Source: a virus (taxonomy: Duplodnaviria > Caudoviricetes). Taken from it: a DNA stretch of 54,007 bases. Under the pieces are notes generated by a model. The model was not told the DNA's origin, searched no databases, and saw only the letters and a list, made by a program, of their open reading frames with translations. Both the position numbers and the translations under genes were made by a program. Location: IMG/VR virus record IMGVR_UViG_3300046011_010503, positions 1 to 54,007 of that record, one strand, 5' to 3'. This document shows positions 1 to 9,400 of the stretch, in pieces (position 1 is the first letter of the stretch; the number at the start of each line of letters is the position of its first letter).

Positions 1-1
1 A

Positions 2-3000
2 GCTGGGCATTGTGCCAGTGGTAAAGCTGCTCTTGCCGTTGCCCTGTGCCCATGCGCCAAACGGAAAGCATAATTCAAGGTCATTTATTGGAAGCCCGCC
101 AATTGAATCTTGGCTTGCCCCTGCATAAGGCGTAAACGATAGAGTGTCATATCTCTGTGGAAAGAACAAACCATTTGCATCAGTGTTCACATTATTGATA
201 TTCGGCATGTTTCCAAATCCGTAAATAAGCCTACCATTCGTACCTTTGAGAGTGTCAGAAGTATTGATCCTAAAAGAACTACCCTCACCAGTGGCCGAAA
301 CAATCCGTTTCTCAACCCCGTCAACGAAAATCTTTGCAGCCGACAGAGCGGTTGCGCTGCTGCTTGCGGTTCCGGTAGTGGTCAGAGAAACACCCCGTAG
401 CGTCGTTGTTCCTACTCCAGTAATCACTGGATAAGGCTGTATTGATCCATCAAACCATTTTATTACCCTACGTGCGGCAACCTGTCCGAGAGTGTCCTGC
501 CCGTACCAATCTACGTGTATAAGGTCCACTTTTTGTCCGTATCCCCAGCAGGCCGCAACCATATACCGCTGTTTGGTAAAATCCTCTAGCTCATAATGCG
601 CATCCTGTATAACCTGCAAATCATCATTTGGAATACCGTCCATGCGGGCAATCTGGCAAATAAACATCGGCATGGTGCCATATCCAACGTCCTCTTTAAA
701 CCAGCGGTGCAATGTGTCAAACTGCGCCTTATAATTTGCTTTGGTTACGCTGCGGCCAGCATCATTTTCTCCCTGGTACCATATCATCCCAATAAAATTA
801 GAGTCAACCCCTACCGCCTGCCGTATGTAATTGACTGACCGAGGGTATGCTCCATTTGTGCTATCAAAATGATCTGTATTGCCCCGATAATCCCAATTCG
901 ACGTTGTAGGAGATGGTTCCCAAAGTCCGGTTGATCCAACCGCCACGTTGATAATACCAATTGGCATTTTATACGTGTCAACCATCCTGCGGATAAACTG
1001 AGGTGCCATAGATGCCCCGTAGGACACACGACAAGGGTCGATATATCTAGTACTGGTCCAAGTCCCGTTTGTCCCGTTGCTGCTGCTATCTGAGGCTGTA
1101 TCACGTTCCGGTACGATGCTACCATACCCCGCAGCGTTGCTCTGTCCTGCAATCACCCATACATCGCCAATACCCCAGCGGTTTGTCTGTGCGGCCACCG
1201 TACCGTCTGACAGCCTCACAGAGCCAGTATACCAACATCCCATCGGTACGGTCAGGGTACAGGTATAAGCGCCGTCAGTCGGATTAGTTTTGATCGTTGT
1301 CCAGTCGGTCACAACATCGCCTGCGAGGTGTTTGATTTGCGCCTGTAAATATGTGGATTGGTTGGCGCTGCTGTCTTTACCAGTGAATACGATTTTCCGA
1401 GACGTGCCGCCAGGGATACCATTCGACTGTTTTCGCTGATAGATTGTGCGGACCGGAAAATCAGTAACAGTCACAGTCCATGGTTTAACCGTCAGCACCG
1501 CCGCACTGCTCGTCGTAGTCCCGTTATCATCCGTCACGGCGCAGGTGTAACTCCCGCCATTATCCCCGCTCACGAGCGCCACGGTAGTGTAGCTCGTGCC
1601 TGTTGCGCCTGTGATATTAGAGCCGCCAAGTTTCCACTGATACCCGAGCGTCCCGGTCCCCGTAGCCGCCACCGAGAACGTTGCCGTCTGCCCGACGTAG
1701 CGAGTTAGGCTCTGGGGCTGGGTGGTGATTGTGGGGCCTGATGAACCTTTAACATATAATCCGTTTAAAATCGTATCAGACGTTACGCCATCACCTATAA
1801 TAAAATCTACTAACCCAACATCCAATTTTGGCAGTAAAATTTTTATCAGCTTGTTTGTCCAGCTCGTAATTGTCGGTGTAGAGTCTCCTACTGTAATTGT
1901 TGATGAGCCTTGAGTATTGCCGAAAGCCCTACCGTAAAATTTTACTGTATCAAGATATGATGCAGAATCAGGCGCAACAGAATCAGCGTATACTATCCCG
2001 AAAGTTGAGGAAATAGTATCATAGGTTGAATCTGATTTAGTCTGTTTATACCATGCGATTATTTTTACTCCTGTTTTTGATACAACGCTTGTAGGAGTCC
2101 ACGAAATTACTCCAGTGGTTTTGCTGCCAGTTGCGCCGCTTGGTAAATTTGAAAATGTAAACGAATCAGCAGCAACAACACTACTTGGCGAATGAGTAGC
2201 TGCAACGTCAACAGTGTCAACTACTGGCGATGTATACGTGCCTGTCCACCCAACCACCGTTATTGTATCGTATGCGTCAGCGGTATTTGCACCAGCGCAG
2301 CTATACGCTCTAATTTGGTAACCTGCTTTTGCAGATTTAATTTTCCAATGATAGGAAACAGTATCTTTTGTCAACTTAGCGAGCATTACAGAGCTGTCAG
2401 GCCATGATCCAATCAGATTAATTGAGTCGTATGCGTTTGCTGTGGCATGCCCAAAGCGCCCGACATTACCTACCGTGTCAATTATTGTGGCGTGTCTGGT
2501 TATTGTTGATGGGGTGCATGTTACTAAATTACCACCCTCCCAATCGTCACAAACAGCAGATTCTCGCAATCTCAACCCGACCATTCCACTGTTAATAGGA
2601 GACGTTGCATCTTTGTATGTACCAATTAATGTCCCGTTGTAATAAGATCTAAGGGTGTCGTTTGATGCTGTTAATTTAATTACATCTCCACCTACGATCT
2701 CTGTCATTCCATAACTTTCCTTTTGATCATACGAACCACCAGTTACCTTGTACAAAATGAGATTGTATGCGTTAGGCTGATACAGCATATAATATGTACT
2801 GGCTGATGTGCTCATTCTTACTGCAACTGCGGCGGTTGTTCCTGATACTATTTTTATCTGAGAATATTGTGCATTATCTGGTGTGTTTGCGTTCCAATAC
2901 GCCTGATATGATCCAGAAGATGATTGCCCTCTAACAGTATTGGATACAATTCGTAAATCTCCATCGCTTCCGCTTTGAGTTGACCAGTTCCCGCCAATAG

Positions 3001-3085
3001 GATTAGCATCGGTTCTGTTAAAATCATCAGTCCACGAATAAGCATTCACACTAAATAGCAACAAAAACAAAATTAACTTTTTCAT
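2..3085 (-). CDS. Large (>1028 aa, 3'-truncated by window edge) signal-peptide protein with IPT/Ig-like domains and an SGNH sialate O-acetylesterase (SASA)-like domain; putative receptor-binding or surface protein
   Basis: Absent from the ORF track because no stop lies in the window. Hand translation from ATG 3085 gives MKKLILFLLLFSVNAYSWTDDFNR..., an Ig I-set-like segment (PTITTQPQS...YQWK...YTCAVT) and SGNH motifs IAGQSN, WYQGENDA, DLIH; the frame stays open to base 2. Confidence 0.85.
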   Translation of the reverse strand, partial: MKKLILFLLLFSVNAYSWTDDFNRTDANPIGGNWSTQSGSDGDLRIVSNTVRGQSSSGSYQAYWNANTPDNAQYSQIKIVSGTTAAVAVRMSTSASTYYMLYQPNAYNLILYKVTGGSYDQKESYGMTEIVGGDVIKLTASNDTLRSYYNGTLIGTYKDATSPINSGMVGLRLRESAVCDDWEGGNLVTCTPSTITRHATIIDTVGNVGRFGHATANAYDSINLIGSWPDSSVMLAKLTKDTVSYHWKIKSAKAGYQIRAYSCAGANTADAYDTITVVGWTGTYTSPVVDTVDVAATHSPSSVVAADSFTFSNLPSGATGSKTTGVISWTPTSVVSKTGVKIIAWYKQTKSDSTYDTISSTFGIVYADSVAPDSASYLDTVKFYGRAFGNTQGSSTITVGDSTPTITSWTNKLIKILLPKLDVGLVDFIIGDGVTSDTILNGLYVKGSSGPTITTQPQSLTRYVGQTATFSVAATGTGTLGYQWKLGGSNITGATGTSYTTVALVSGDNGGSYTCAVTDDNGTTTSSAAVLTVKPWTVTVTDFPVRTIYQRKQSNGIPGGTSRKIVFTGKDSSANQSTYLQAQIKHLAGDVVTDWTTIKTNPTDGAYTCTLTVPMGCWYTGSVRLSDGTVAAQTNRWGIGDVWVIAGQSNAAGYGSIVPERDTASDSSSNGTNGTWTSTRYIDPCRVSYGASMAPQFIRRMVDTYKMPIGIINVAVGSTGLWEPSPTTSNWDYRGNTDHFDSTNGAYPRSVNYIRQAVGVDSNFIGMIWYQGENDAGRSVTKANYKAQFDTLHRWFKEDVGYGTMPMFICQIARMDGIPNDDLQVIQDAHYELEDFTKQRYMVAACWGYGQKVDLIHVDWYGQDTLGQVAARRVIKWFDGSIQPYPVITGVGTTTLRGVSLTTTGTASSSATALSAAKIFVDGVEKRIVSATGEGSSFRINTSDTLKGTNGRLIYGFGNMPNINNVNTDANGLFFPQRYDTLSFTPYAGASQDSIGGLPINDLELCFPFGAWAQGNGKSSFTTGTMPS

Positions 3086-3093
3086 ATTTTAAC

Positions 3094-4521
3094 TTACCTT
3101 ACGATTGTTATTAGTGCGCGTTTATTTGTATATGTGTAATAATTATATGGGCCTAAATCCCATTTAACGGTTGCAGATCTTTCATTGCCAAAAAAATCAT
3201 AATTGAATGTTTTTTCCTCTTTGGCTGTTATTATTAATCCGGTGTCCCTACACGGTGAGGTAGATTGCAATTTAAAATCATGCGCACCAGTATCTGCAAA
3301 AACAGGATACGCATAAAAGCCATTTTCCTCATTTTCTGGATGTTCGGATTTATAGTCAGTTAAATTTGTAAACCCCGGCAAATACCAAGATCGGTTTGCG
3401 TTATAATAATTATTATAATCAAAAACAAGTTTTGATTTAATTACTGTGTTGTAAATAGTAACAATTGAATTATAAAAAATATTATTGTTTATGTAGGCTG
3501 TGTCTATTCCGTTGGGGGCGGAATTAGATAAACTCAATCCACCAGCTCCACCATTCATGTTGCAAAAAACATTATTAAAAACATACACTGATCGTATTGA
3601 TTGATCGAATGGTGTAAAAATTACCCCATTGTACCATCCACCTAAACCATCAGACCCCGGTATTGGATTGTAAATTACGTTGTTATAAAAAAATATTGAC
3701 CCGCCACCCAAAACTCCTGGAAGTGGTTCAAAGTACACATTCTGTGTGTTGTTATAAAAAATGCAATTTTTGACTATAAACGTGTCAGGAAACGACATTA
3801 TTTGCATGCCGTCACCATGATTTTCAGTGCTGGTGTGGTTGTATATTCGGCAATTGCTAATTGTTATATTGTATCCACCATCTTTAATTCCATCGGTTTC
3901 ATTGTCGTGGATCGTACAACTGTCAACTAAAACAGTTCTAGCGGCATTTAATCGCAATCCATCAGCAGTGCATTTTGTTATTTCAGTTTTTTTTATAATT
4001 GTGTTTGTATCAGTCCCTAAGTACACACCTGCCTCTGACGCATCATTATACGCACAATAAAAACATTTGCAGTTTCTTATTGTAATATTTTTGCAATTTG
4101 TTATTAAAACACCGCTATTCAAGCAACTATCAAATTCCATTTTATCTATTATGATATTTTGTTTATTTTGAATTTTAACATTATTTGTAACTGTCCCTGA
4201 GTTTGACTGCGTTATAATTGCTAAACCATTATGGTTAGCGGTTTTACCAGTAGTAATTATTATGTTGCTATTGGTTGTCCCAGAAACACCAACTTCAAGC
4301 ATTCCAGAATATCGTTTTACAGTTGTTCCTCCAGAGATAAGCAGTGAATCACCAGCAACAACACCAGCACCACCCCAGACAATAGCAGAAAAACTCTGCC
4401 AAGCATTTGCCCATGACGTTCCATTGTTCGATCCTGAGGCGGCATTATCTACATACCAATTTGCCCCCCACCCGTTCACCACGCACAGTGCCAGCAACAA
4501 CCCTGCAATTATTTTCTTCAT
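3094..4521 (-). CDS. Right-handed parallel beta-helix (pectate-lyase-like) protein with Sec-type signal peptide; putative polysaccharide depolymerase
   Basis: MKKIIAGLLLALCVVNGWGA leader, YVDNAASGSNNGTSWANAW start, repeated I-x-N-C-x-I/F-x-x-N rungs, DFKLQSTSPCRDTG...WDLGPY C-terminal cap. Confidence 0.8.
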   Translation of the reverse strand: MKKIIAGLLLALCVVNGWGANWYVDNAASGSNNGTSWANAWQSFSAIVWGGAGVVAGDSLLISGGTTVKRYSGMLEVGVSGTTNSNIIITTGKTANHNGLAIITQSNSGTVTNNVKIQNKQNIIIDKMEFDSCLNSGVLITNCKNITIRNCKCFYCAYNDASEAGVYLGTDTNTIIKKTEITKCTADGLRLNAARTVLVDSCTIHDNETDGIKDGGYNITISNCRIYNHTSTENHGDGMQIMSFPDTFIVKNCIFYNNTQNVYFEPLPGVLGGGSIFFYNNVIYNPIPGSDGLGGWYNGVIFTPFDQSIRSVYVFNNVFCNMNGGAGGLSLSNSAPNGIDTAYINNNIFYNSIVTIYNTVIKSKLVFDYNNYYNANRSWYLPGFTNLTDYKSEHPENEENGFYAYPVFADTGAHDFKLQSTSPCRDTGLIITAKEEKTFNYDFFGNERSATVKWDLGPYNYYTYTNKRALITIVR

Positions 4522-4627
4522 TTATCTACCATCCTTTTTATTCCAAAAAACGCCAGTACTCCCACATTCACCACGGAGAGCGGTCAAGAAATCCGTTCCG
4601 CTGGGTATTGGCTCTTCGTCAACTGGC

Positions 4628-4876
4628 TTATAGTTTCACAACGTCAAAAGCTGCCTGCGCAGCTGTTACGATAATTTCAAGCGATGCCGATTCGATTTTG
4701 CGCACAGTGCTGTTTTTTATTCCCACACGAGCATTTACGCCATCGATCAGTTCTTGTCTGTCTGCTGCGGTAATCCCGTCAATTTTAGTGTGCAACTGCG
4801 CAAACATCATGCGTAGAATGTACTGCCGTAGTCCCTGCGGGATTGCTTTTGCTAGTGTTTTGTAGATTGCGTCCAT
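4628..4876 (-). CDS. Hypothetical protein (82 aa)
   Basis: ATG with AGGAG RBS, same strand as operon. Confidence 0.6.
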   Translation of the reverse strand: MDAIYKTLAKAIPQGLRQYILRMMFAQLHTKIDGITAADRQELIDGVNARVGIKNSTVRKIESASLEIIVTAAQAAFDVVKL

Positions 4877-5136
4877 TGTCGTGCTCCTTTGTTATTTTGT
4901 CCATCATTTTGCCGACATCAGCAATATGATCAGTTTGTAAAAGTTGGCAAGCTCGGAATTTCACCGCATTGTTTTCCATTTCACTATGCTTTCGCATCCG
5001 CAAAGCCCTGCGGAGGAGGCTATAACTGTTTGCCAATATCTGTAAAACCCCACCCGATCCCGTTTGTGACCCTTTTTACTATCACTGGCCGACATAGACC
5101 CGTGCACGGGTGCCGGTATGGTGCGGTCGGGCCGGG

Positions 5137-5460
5137 TTATTTTTCTTTTTTAACCGTTGCTTTTCCGGGCAGCATCCCTATGTGATTAAGAGTCAAAACA
5201 CCTTCACACGCCATATTGTGAGCCGTTACACTCTGCTTTACCCTGTTGCACTTACATCCCCAATCTTTGTGAAAATTCATAGGTTCAAGGAATGCACGAT
5301 ACAACTGTTGCCAAACTTCTTTTTGCTTCGGTGTAAATTTATTCCATATTAGCGGTGCGCATTCTGATTTTGTGGCCATAACTGATAAATTCTCCTTTAT
5401 TGTGTCGTCAAAACATTTCATGCAAGGACCGGTTGTTTTGTGCTTTATGCAGCGGTACAT
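5137..5460 (-). CDS. Hypothetical Cys-containing protein
   Basis: TAATG overlap with upstream gene stop at 5460. Confidence 0.55.
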   Translation of the reverse strand: MYRCIKHKTTGPCMKCFDDTIKENLSVMATKSECAPLIWNKFTPKQKEVWQQLYRAFLEPMNFHKDWGCKCNRVKQSVTAHNMACEGVLTLNHIGMLPGKATVKKEK

Positions 5461-5834
5461 TATTTTGAGCTAACCTGTAAAGCTGCCCCGATTATACTTT
5501 TACCTGCTGGACTGCACCAAAATGCCCATATCAACCCGTACCCGCCAGAAATTGCCGCAAAAATGGCTGCCATTAATCCGGCGATTATCTTGCTGAATTT
5601 AACAACTGTATCAAGTTTATCTGTTGCATTTTTGACAATTTCCCTATCGACAGCATGGTCTCTTTTAATGTCGGTTAACTCTGTCTTAACCTCAAATATC
5701 TCGTGCTCGTTAGCCTCACAAAGTCGCTTCGAAGCCGCTGCGTATCCAACAGCATTTTCAAGTTTTGCCCCAAACTTATTTTGGCAAGCCTCTTGACTTT
5801 TTTGAAAATATTCAATGGTTAAGACTTGTGACAT
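5460..5834 (-). CDS. Coiled-coil plus single-TM membrane protein (possible holin/lysis accessory)
   Basis: Heptad-like middle followed by hydrophobic IIAGLMAAIFAAISGGYGLIWAFW; function inferred from position only. Confidence 0.55.
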   Translation of the reverse strand: MSQVLTIEYFQKSQEACQNKFGAKLENAVGYAAASKRLCEANEHEIFEVKTELTDIKRDHAVDREIVKNATDKLDTVVKFSKIIAGLMAAIFAAISGGYGLIWAFWCSPAGKSIIGAALQVSSK

Positions 5835-5997
5835 TCTCGAATACCTCTGTTGTTATGTGCAAGGTGTCGTTAGGCTTTAGGTATTGCAGTATTTCAGATA
5901 CCGGAGTTTCTGTTGATCCGTGGCTCAAAAGGTTGCCCTCATCCTCGAACGTGTCAAAGAGCGAGTATCTGTTGTGCATTATCAACAAGGTAGCCAC
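5812..5997 (-). CDS. Hypothetical protein (61 aa)
   Basis: Fills the gap between neighbouring minus-strand genes; GAGG upstream. Confidence 0.4.
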   Translation of the reverse strand: MATLLIMHNRYSLFDTFEDEGNLLSHGSTETPVSEILQYLKPNDTLHITTEVFENVTSLNH

Positions 5998-6000
5998 GGT

Positions 6001-6411
6001 TTACCTCTCGACTATTTTTGTGTCGGCAGTCAGTACCTCAAGCGCCTCGGATGCTGCTTTCAAAACTTCCGACTCTCCAACAACCTTCTTTACAATCTTG
6101 GCGTCGAGAACAGGCTGCATTACCTCATCGGCTGCTACTGCGTTGTAATACAGGGCAGATTTGCCAAAGAATGTTGCTGCCAGCTGCCAGTACCATTTGA
6201 CAATGAATTTCTTTGTGACGGGGTTCCAGTACCAGGTTGTCGGGGCCTTATTAAGCGCCCATTTCATAAAGCGGGTGAGAGCGTAGCCGATCAGCATTGA
6301 TACGCCGGACCACAGCGCCACAACGATCTGCGAAAGTATTGCGTCAGCTGGCAGGGCGCCAGTTATGGCGTTGATTATTGCGATTCCGGCTGTTCCGATA
6401 GTGTCGATCAT
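6001..6411 (-). CDS. Membrane protein (possible holin-like)
   Basis: GGAGG RBS; hydrophobic N-terminal half (AILSQIVVALWSGVSMLIGYAL). Confidence 0.6.
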   Translation of the reverse strand: MIDTIGTAGIAIINAITGALPADAILSQIVVALWSGVSMLIGYALTRFMKWALNKAPTTWYWNPVTKKFIVKWYWQLAATFFGKSALYYNAVAADEVMQPVLDAKIVKKVVGESEVLKAASEALEVLTADTKIVER

Positions 6412-6468
6412 GTGAGCCTCCCTTAATACTATAAATAATTTACATTAAAATCAAATTAATTTGTGTTT

Positions 6469-9400
6469 TTATTCACGGGAATATTTCAATTCGTCCAAGC
6501 GCTCCTTTTTCTCAATTATTTTTTGAATCTTCTGATCAACAATTTCTCGTTGCGCATCGGACATTTCCCCGTACTGCTCTGCGGAAATTTCTTTGTTTCC
6601 AAGGATCCCGCGGGCAACCCCGCCCGATATACTCATATCTTTCAAAGATCCGGCAGAGTAGAGGAGCCGGCGCCAATCGTCTTCTGTGCCAGTTATCAAT
6701 CCATACGCAGCTTGCGCGGTGTTTATCGGTTGCCTGGGCAGTAATCCGGTAAGCATTCCAGCGGCACCAACCGAAGCCTTAACAGCTTTTCCAACAGCCT
6801 CCCCGACATCGTCACCCTCTTTGGTGCCAATCGCCTTTTTAACGGCACCAGCAGCGCTGTAGAGTTCATCAGCAATATCCATCCATGGAATTTTAATGGA
6901 GGAACTGCCCTGGAATAGCGGTTTTGTTGGAGCGCCGCGCAATTTCCGGATCGGATCCGCCACCAGGTTTTTATATAGCCCATCCCCAATTTGATTGAAC
7001 AGCGGGAACGCTCCGTATATTTGCGACAAAATATAGCCGAGAAACCCTTCTGGATCATCCTTGAATTTCTCCGGATCAAAGGTGTCAACTGTAAATATCA
7101 GCGCTGCAGGAATAAGGCTGGTCATCATCACTGCAATGGCGGTTTTACTCAACCCGTTTTGCCGGGCGGTTCTCATAGTCTCGTACTGGGTGTTCATCGC
7201 TTTTGCCAAGTCAGAGGTAAACATTGTCAGATACCGTGTGAGCCCCTGGGAAGTTTGTCCGCGTGTCAGGTAGGCAAGCCCACCACCAGCAAAGCTCTTT
7301 TCGATGGCCTCGTCTGCGTTGCGTACCGCCTGCTCCTGGGGAATACCCTTGTTAATTTCCTCAGTGTATTTTGCATCCCACAATATTGAGCTCGATATCA
7401 TGTCGCTCGTAGAAATGCCCCACATTGAAACCTGGCGGATTTTATTCATAACTTCAGCTGTGGTGTTCAAGAACATGGTTGACTCATGCTTGTCGAACAT
7501 TTCCTGAATCTCTCGCTCAAAACGGGAATTGCGGTTTTTCATGAACAAGGATTTACTTTTAATGTCCTCAATCATATTCCCGCGCTGAGCCATCATTTTA
7601 AGCGCAGACTGAGCGAGCCGGGCTTTGTTTTCAACATACTTGCCACCAACGAAAAGAGAGCTCCACTGCTTTACCCAAGTTTTCGGATTCCAGCCCAGGG
7701 CATAGCACGAATAGTAATACCGCAGTGCATCCGCTGTTTTTGCAACAGCATCAGACCGTATTGCTTCAACCTTGCCATACGCCATTCTTTTGAGAAAATC
7801 ATTGGACCATGCTTTTGCGTCAAAATCCTTGTCGCGGTTGGCGAGAGCCTGGGCGACATCGTCGTAATTGAGAAATTTCCGAACATCCCTCACTGCCTCT
7901 GCATTGGCAACAAAATGTTCTGACTGGCGCAGGTTGGCGAACACCACACCCATATAATCCATTTCCCTGAAGGGCGCAGCGCTGCCCTGGCGGGCTTTGG
8001 TCATGCCCTTTTGAACGCTGGATTTATTTGAGAAGCGGGCAAGCATCTCAGAGAGCATAGAGTCTTCAACCTTCGCACTAAGAAGATTGCGGATCGGGAA
8101 ATAATTTTCTATCCTTGGCATATCAATCCCAAACAAACGACGGAAAACACCGTTCATTTTAGGGTACTGCACAACATCATAATACCGGTGCATTTTATCT
8201 ACAACATCTTTGGCTACCTCTGGTATAGTGTTCTCAACCTGCAACATCCCCTCCCGGGTCCATCCGGATCCGAACAAGTGTAGAATGTTTCCCTCATTTT
8301 TACTATTTGCATACACGAACATCATTTCGTTGAGCGTCAGTTCGTGAGTTTCGACACGCCCAGGTAGTGGTATTTTTCTGTCGTTTACCCCATCGGTAAA
8401 TTCTGCTTTGATTGCATACTTTAATGGTAAGCTCTTCATCGCATCTACTAGGGGTTTGTGAATTTCTCTAATGTGCTTAGTTGCCTTTATCATACTATCG
8501 ACGCTTTTGACCGACGCATCCCGAAGTTTATTCCAGGTATTTTGTTTAAATACCGACGCTTCCCGCCGGCCCGCTTCAGTGAAATTACCAGTAATCCACT
8601 CAATTACACGTTGTGGATCCATGGTGTCCATGAAGAATTCTTTTGCGTTTCTGGCAAGTCCCCGCTCTTTTCTTCCTAGCGATCGTTCGGCCAAAGACTT
8701 TTCGCTGTTTTTGGTAACTCTCCGGATCTCTACTCCAGCAAAGAAACCGTCACTCGCCAACTTTGCTGCAGCTTGGGCATCTGCCAGCATCTTGGCAGTT
8801 TTCCCAGTCCGCTCAATTTGTGTTAGCTCTGCCATTACATTTAATAAATCAGAGCTACTCATGCCGAGAAGATTTTTCTTGACCATCTCAGTAAGTGCCG
8901 CAAGTTCCTTGGAGTCGTATCCTAAAGCGTCTTCCGGATCAAAATTTTCTTTGTTTTGTTCCAGGGACGCCATCGCCTCCTCGTAGGCTTTTTCCTCTTT
9001 GGCGCTCATAAACATAAACTGGTCCAGATACTTTTCAACCGCCTCAGTGTGCTCCGCTGTCCAGGGCGCAGGCTGTCTTCCTGCCCGGGCTGCAGCAATG
9101 CGCTTGCGGGTGGCGTCAAATTTAAGCCGGACCTCTTCCAGGGCTTTGGCCTGCAGGCGCTTTTCCATTACAGTATCCATAATGTTGAGCGCTTTGAAGA
9201 AGTTCCTTGAAGTGCCAGTAGTGCGCAGCATGAGGGTGTCAACCTGGTTGCGGGGCTCTCCGACCAAGTTGATTTTGCGGGCATAGTCGTATATTTTCTG
9301 CTGAATCTCTTTGCGCTTGAGCTCTTTTTTAATTAAACCCTCGTGATGATATTTGAAATTCACCGCATCGCTATACATCTCATACTGCATCAGTTCTTTT

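Noticed and set aside
1-3085. Apparent gene-free region suggesting stop-codon recoding or a pseudogene
   Set aside because: A single open minus-strand frame runs off the window edge; other genes are full-length in the standard code.
5098-5111. Perfect 14-bp palindrome ACCCGTGCACGGGT in a GC-rich gap
   Set aside because: Single occurrence with no supporting context; about what chance gives in 54 kb.
4628-6411. Complete lysis cassette
   Set aside because: Membrane proteins are present, but no endolysin or spanin motif was recognisable.
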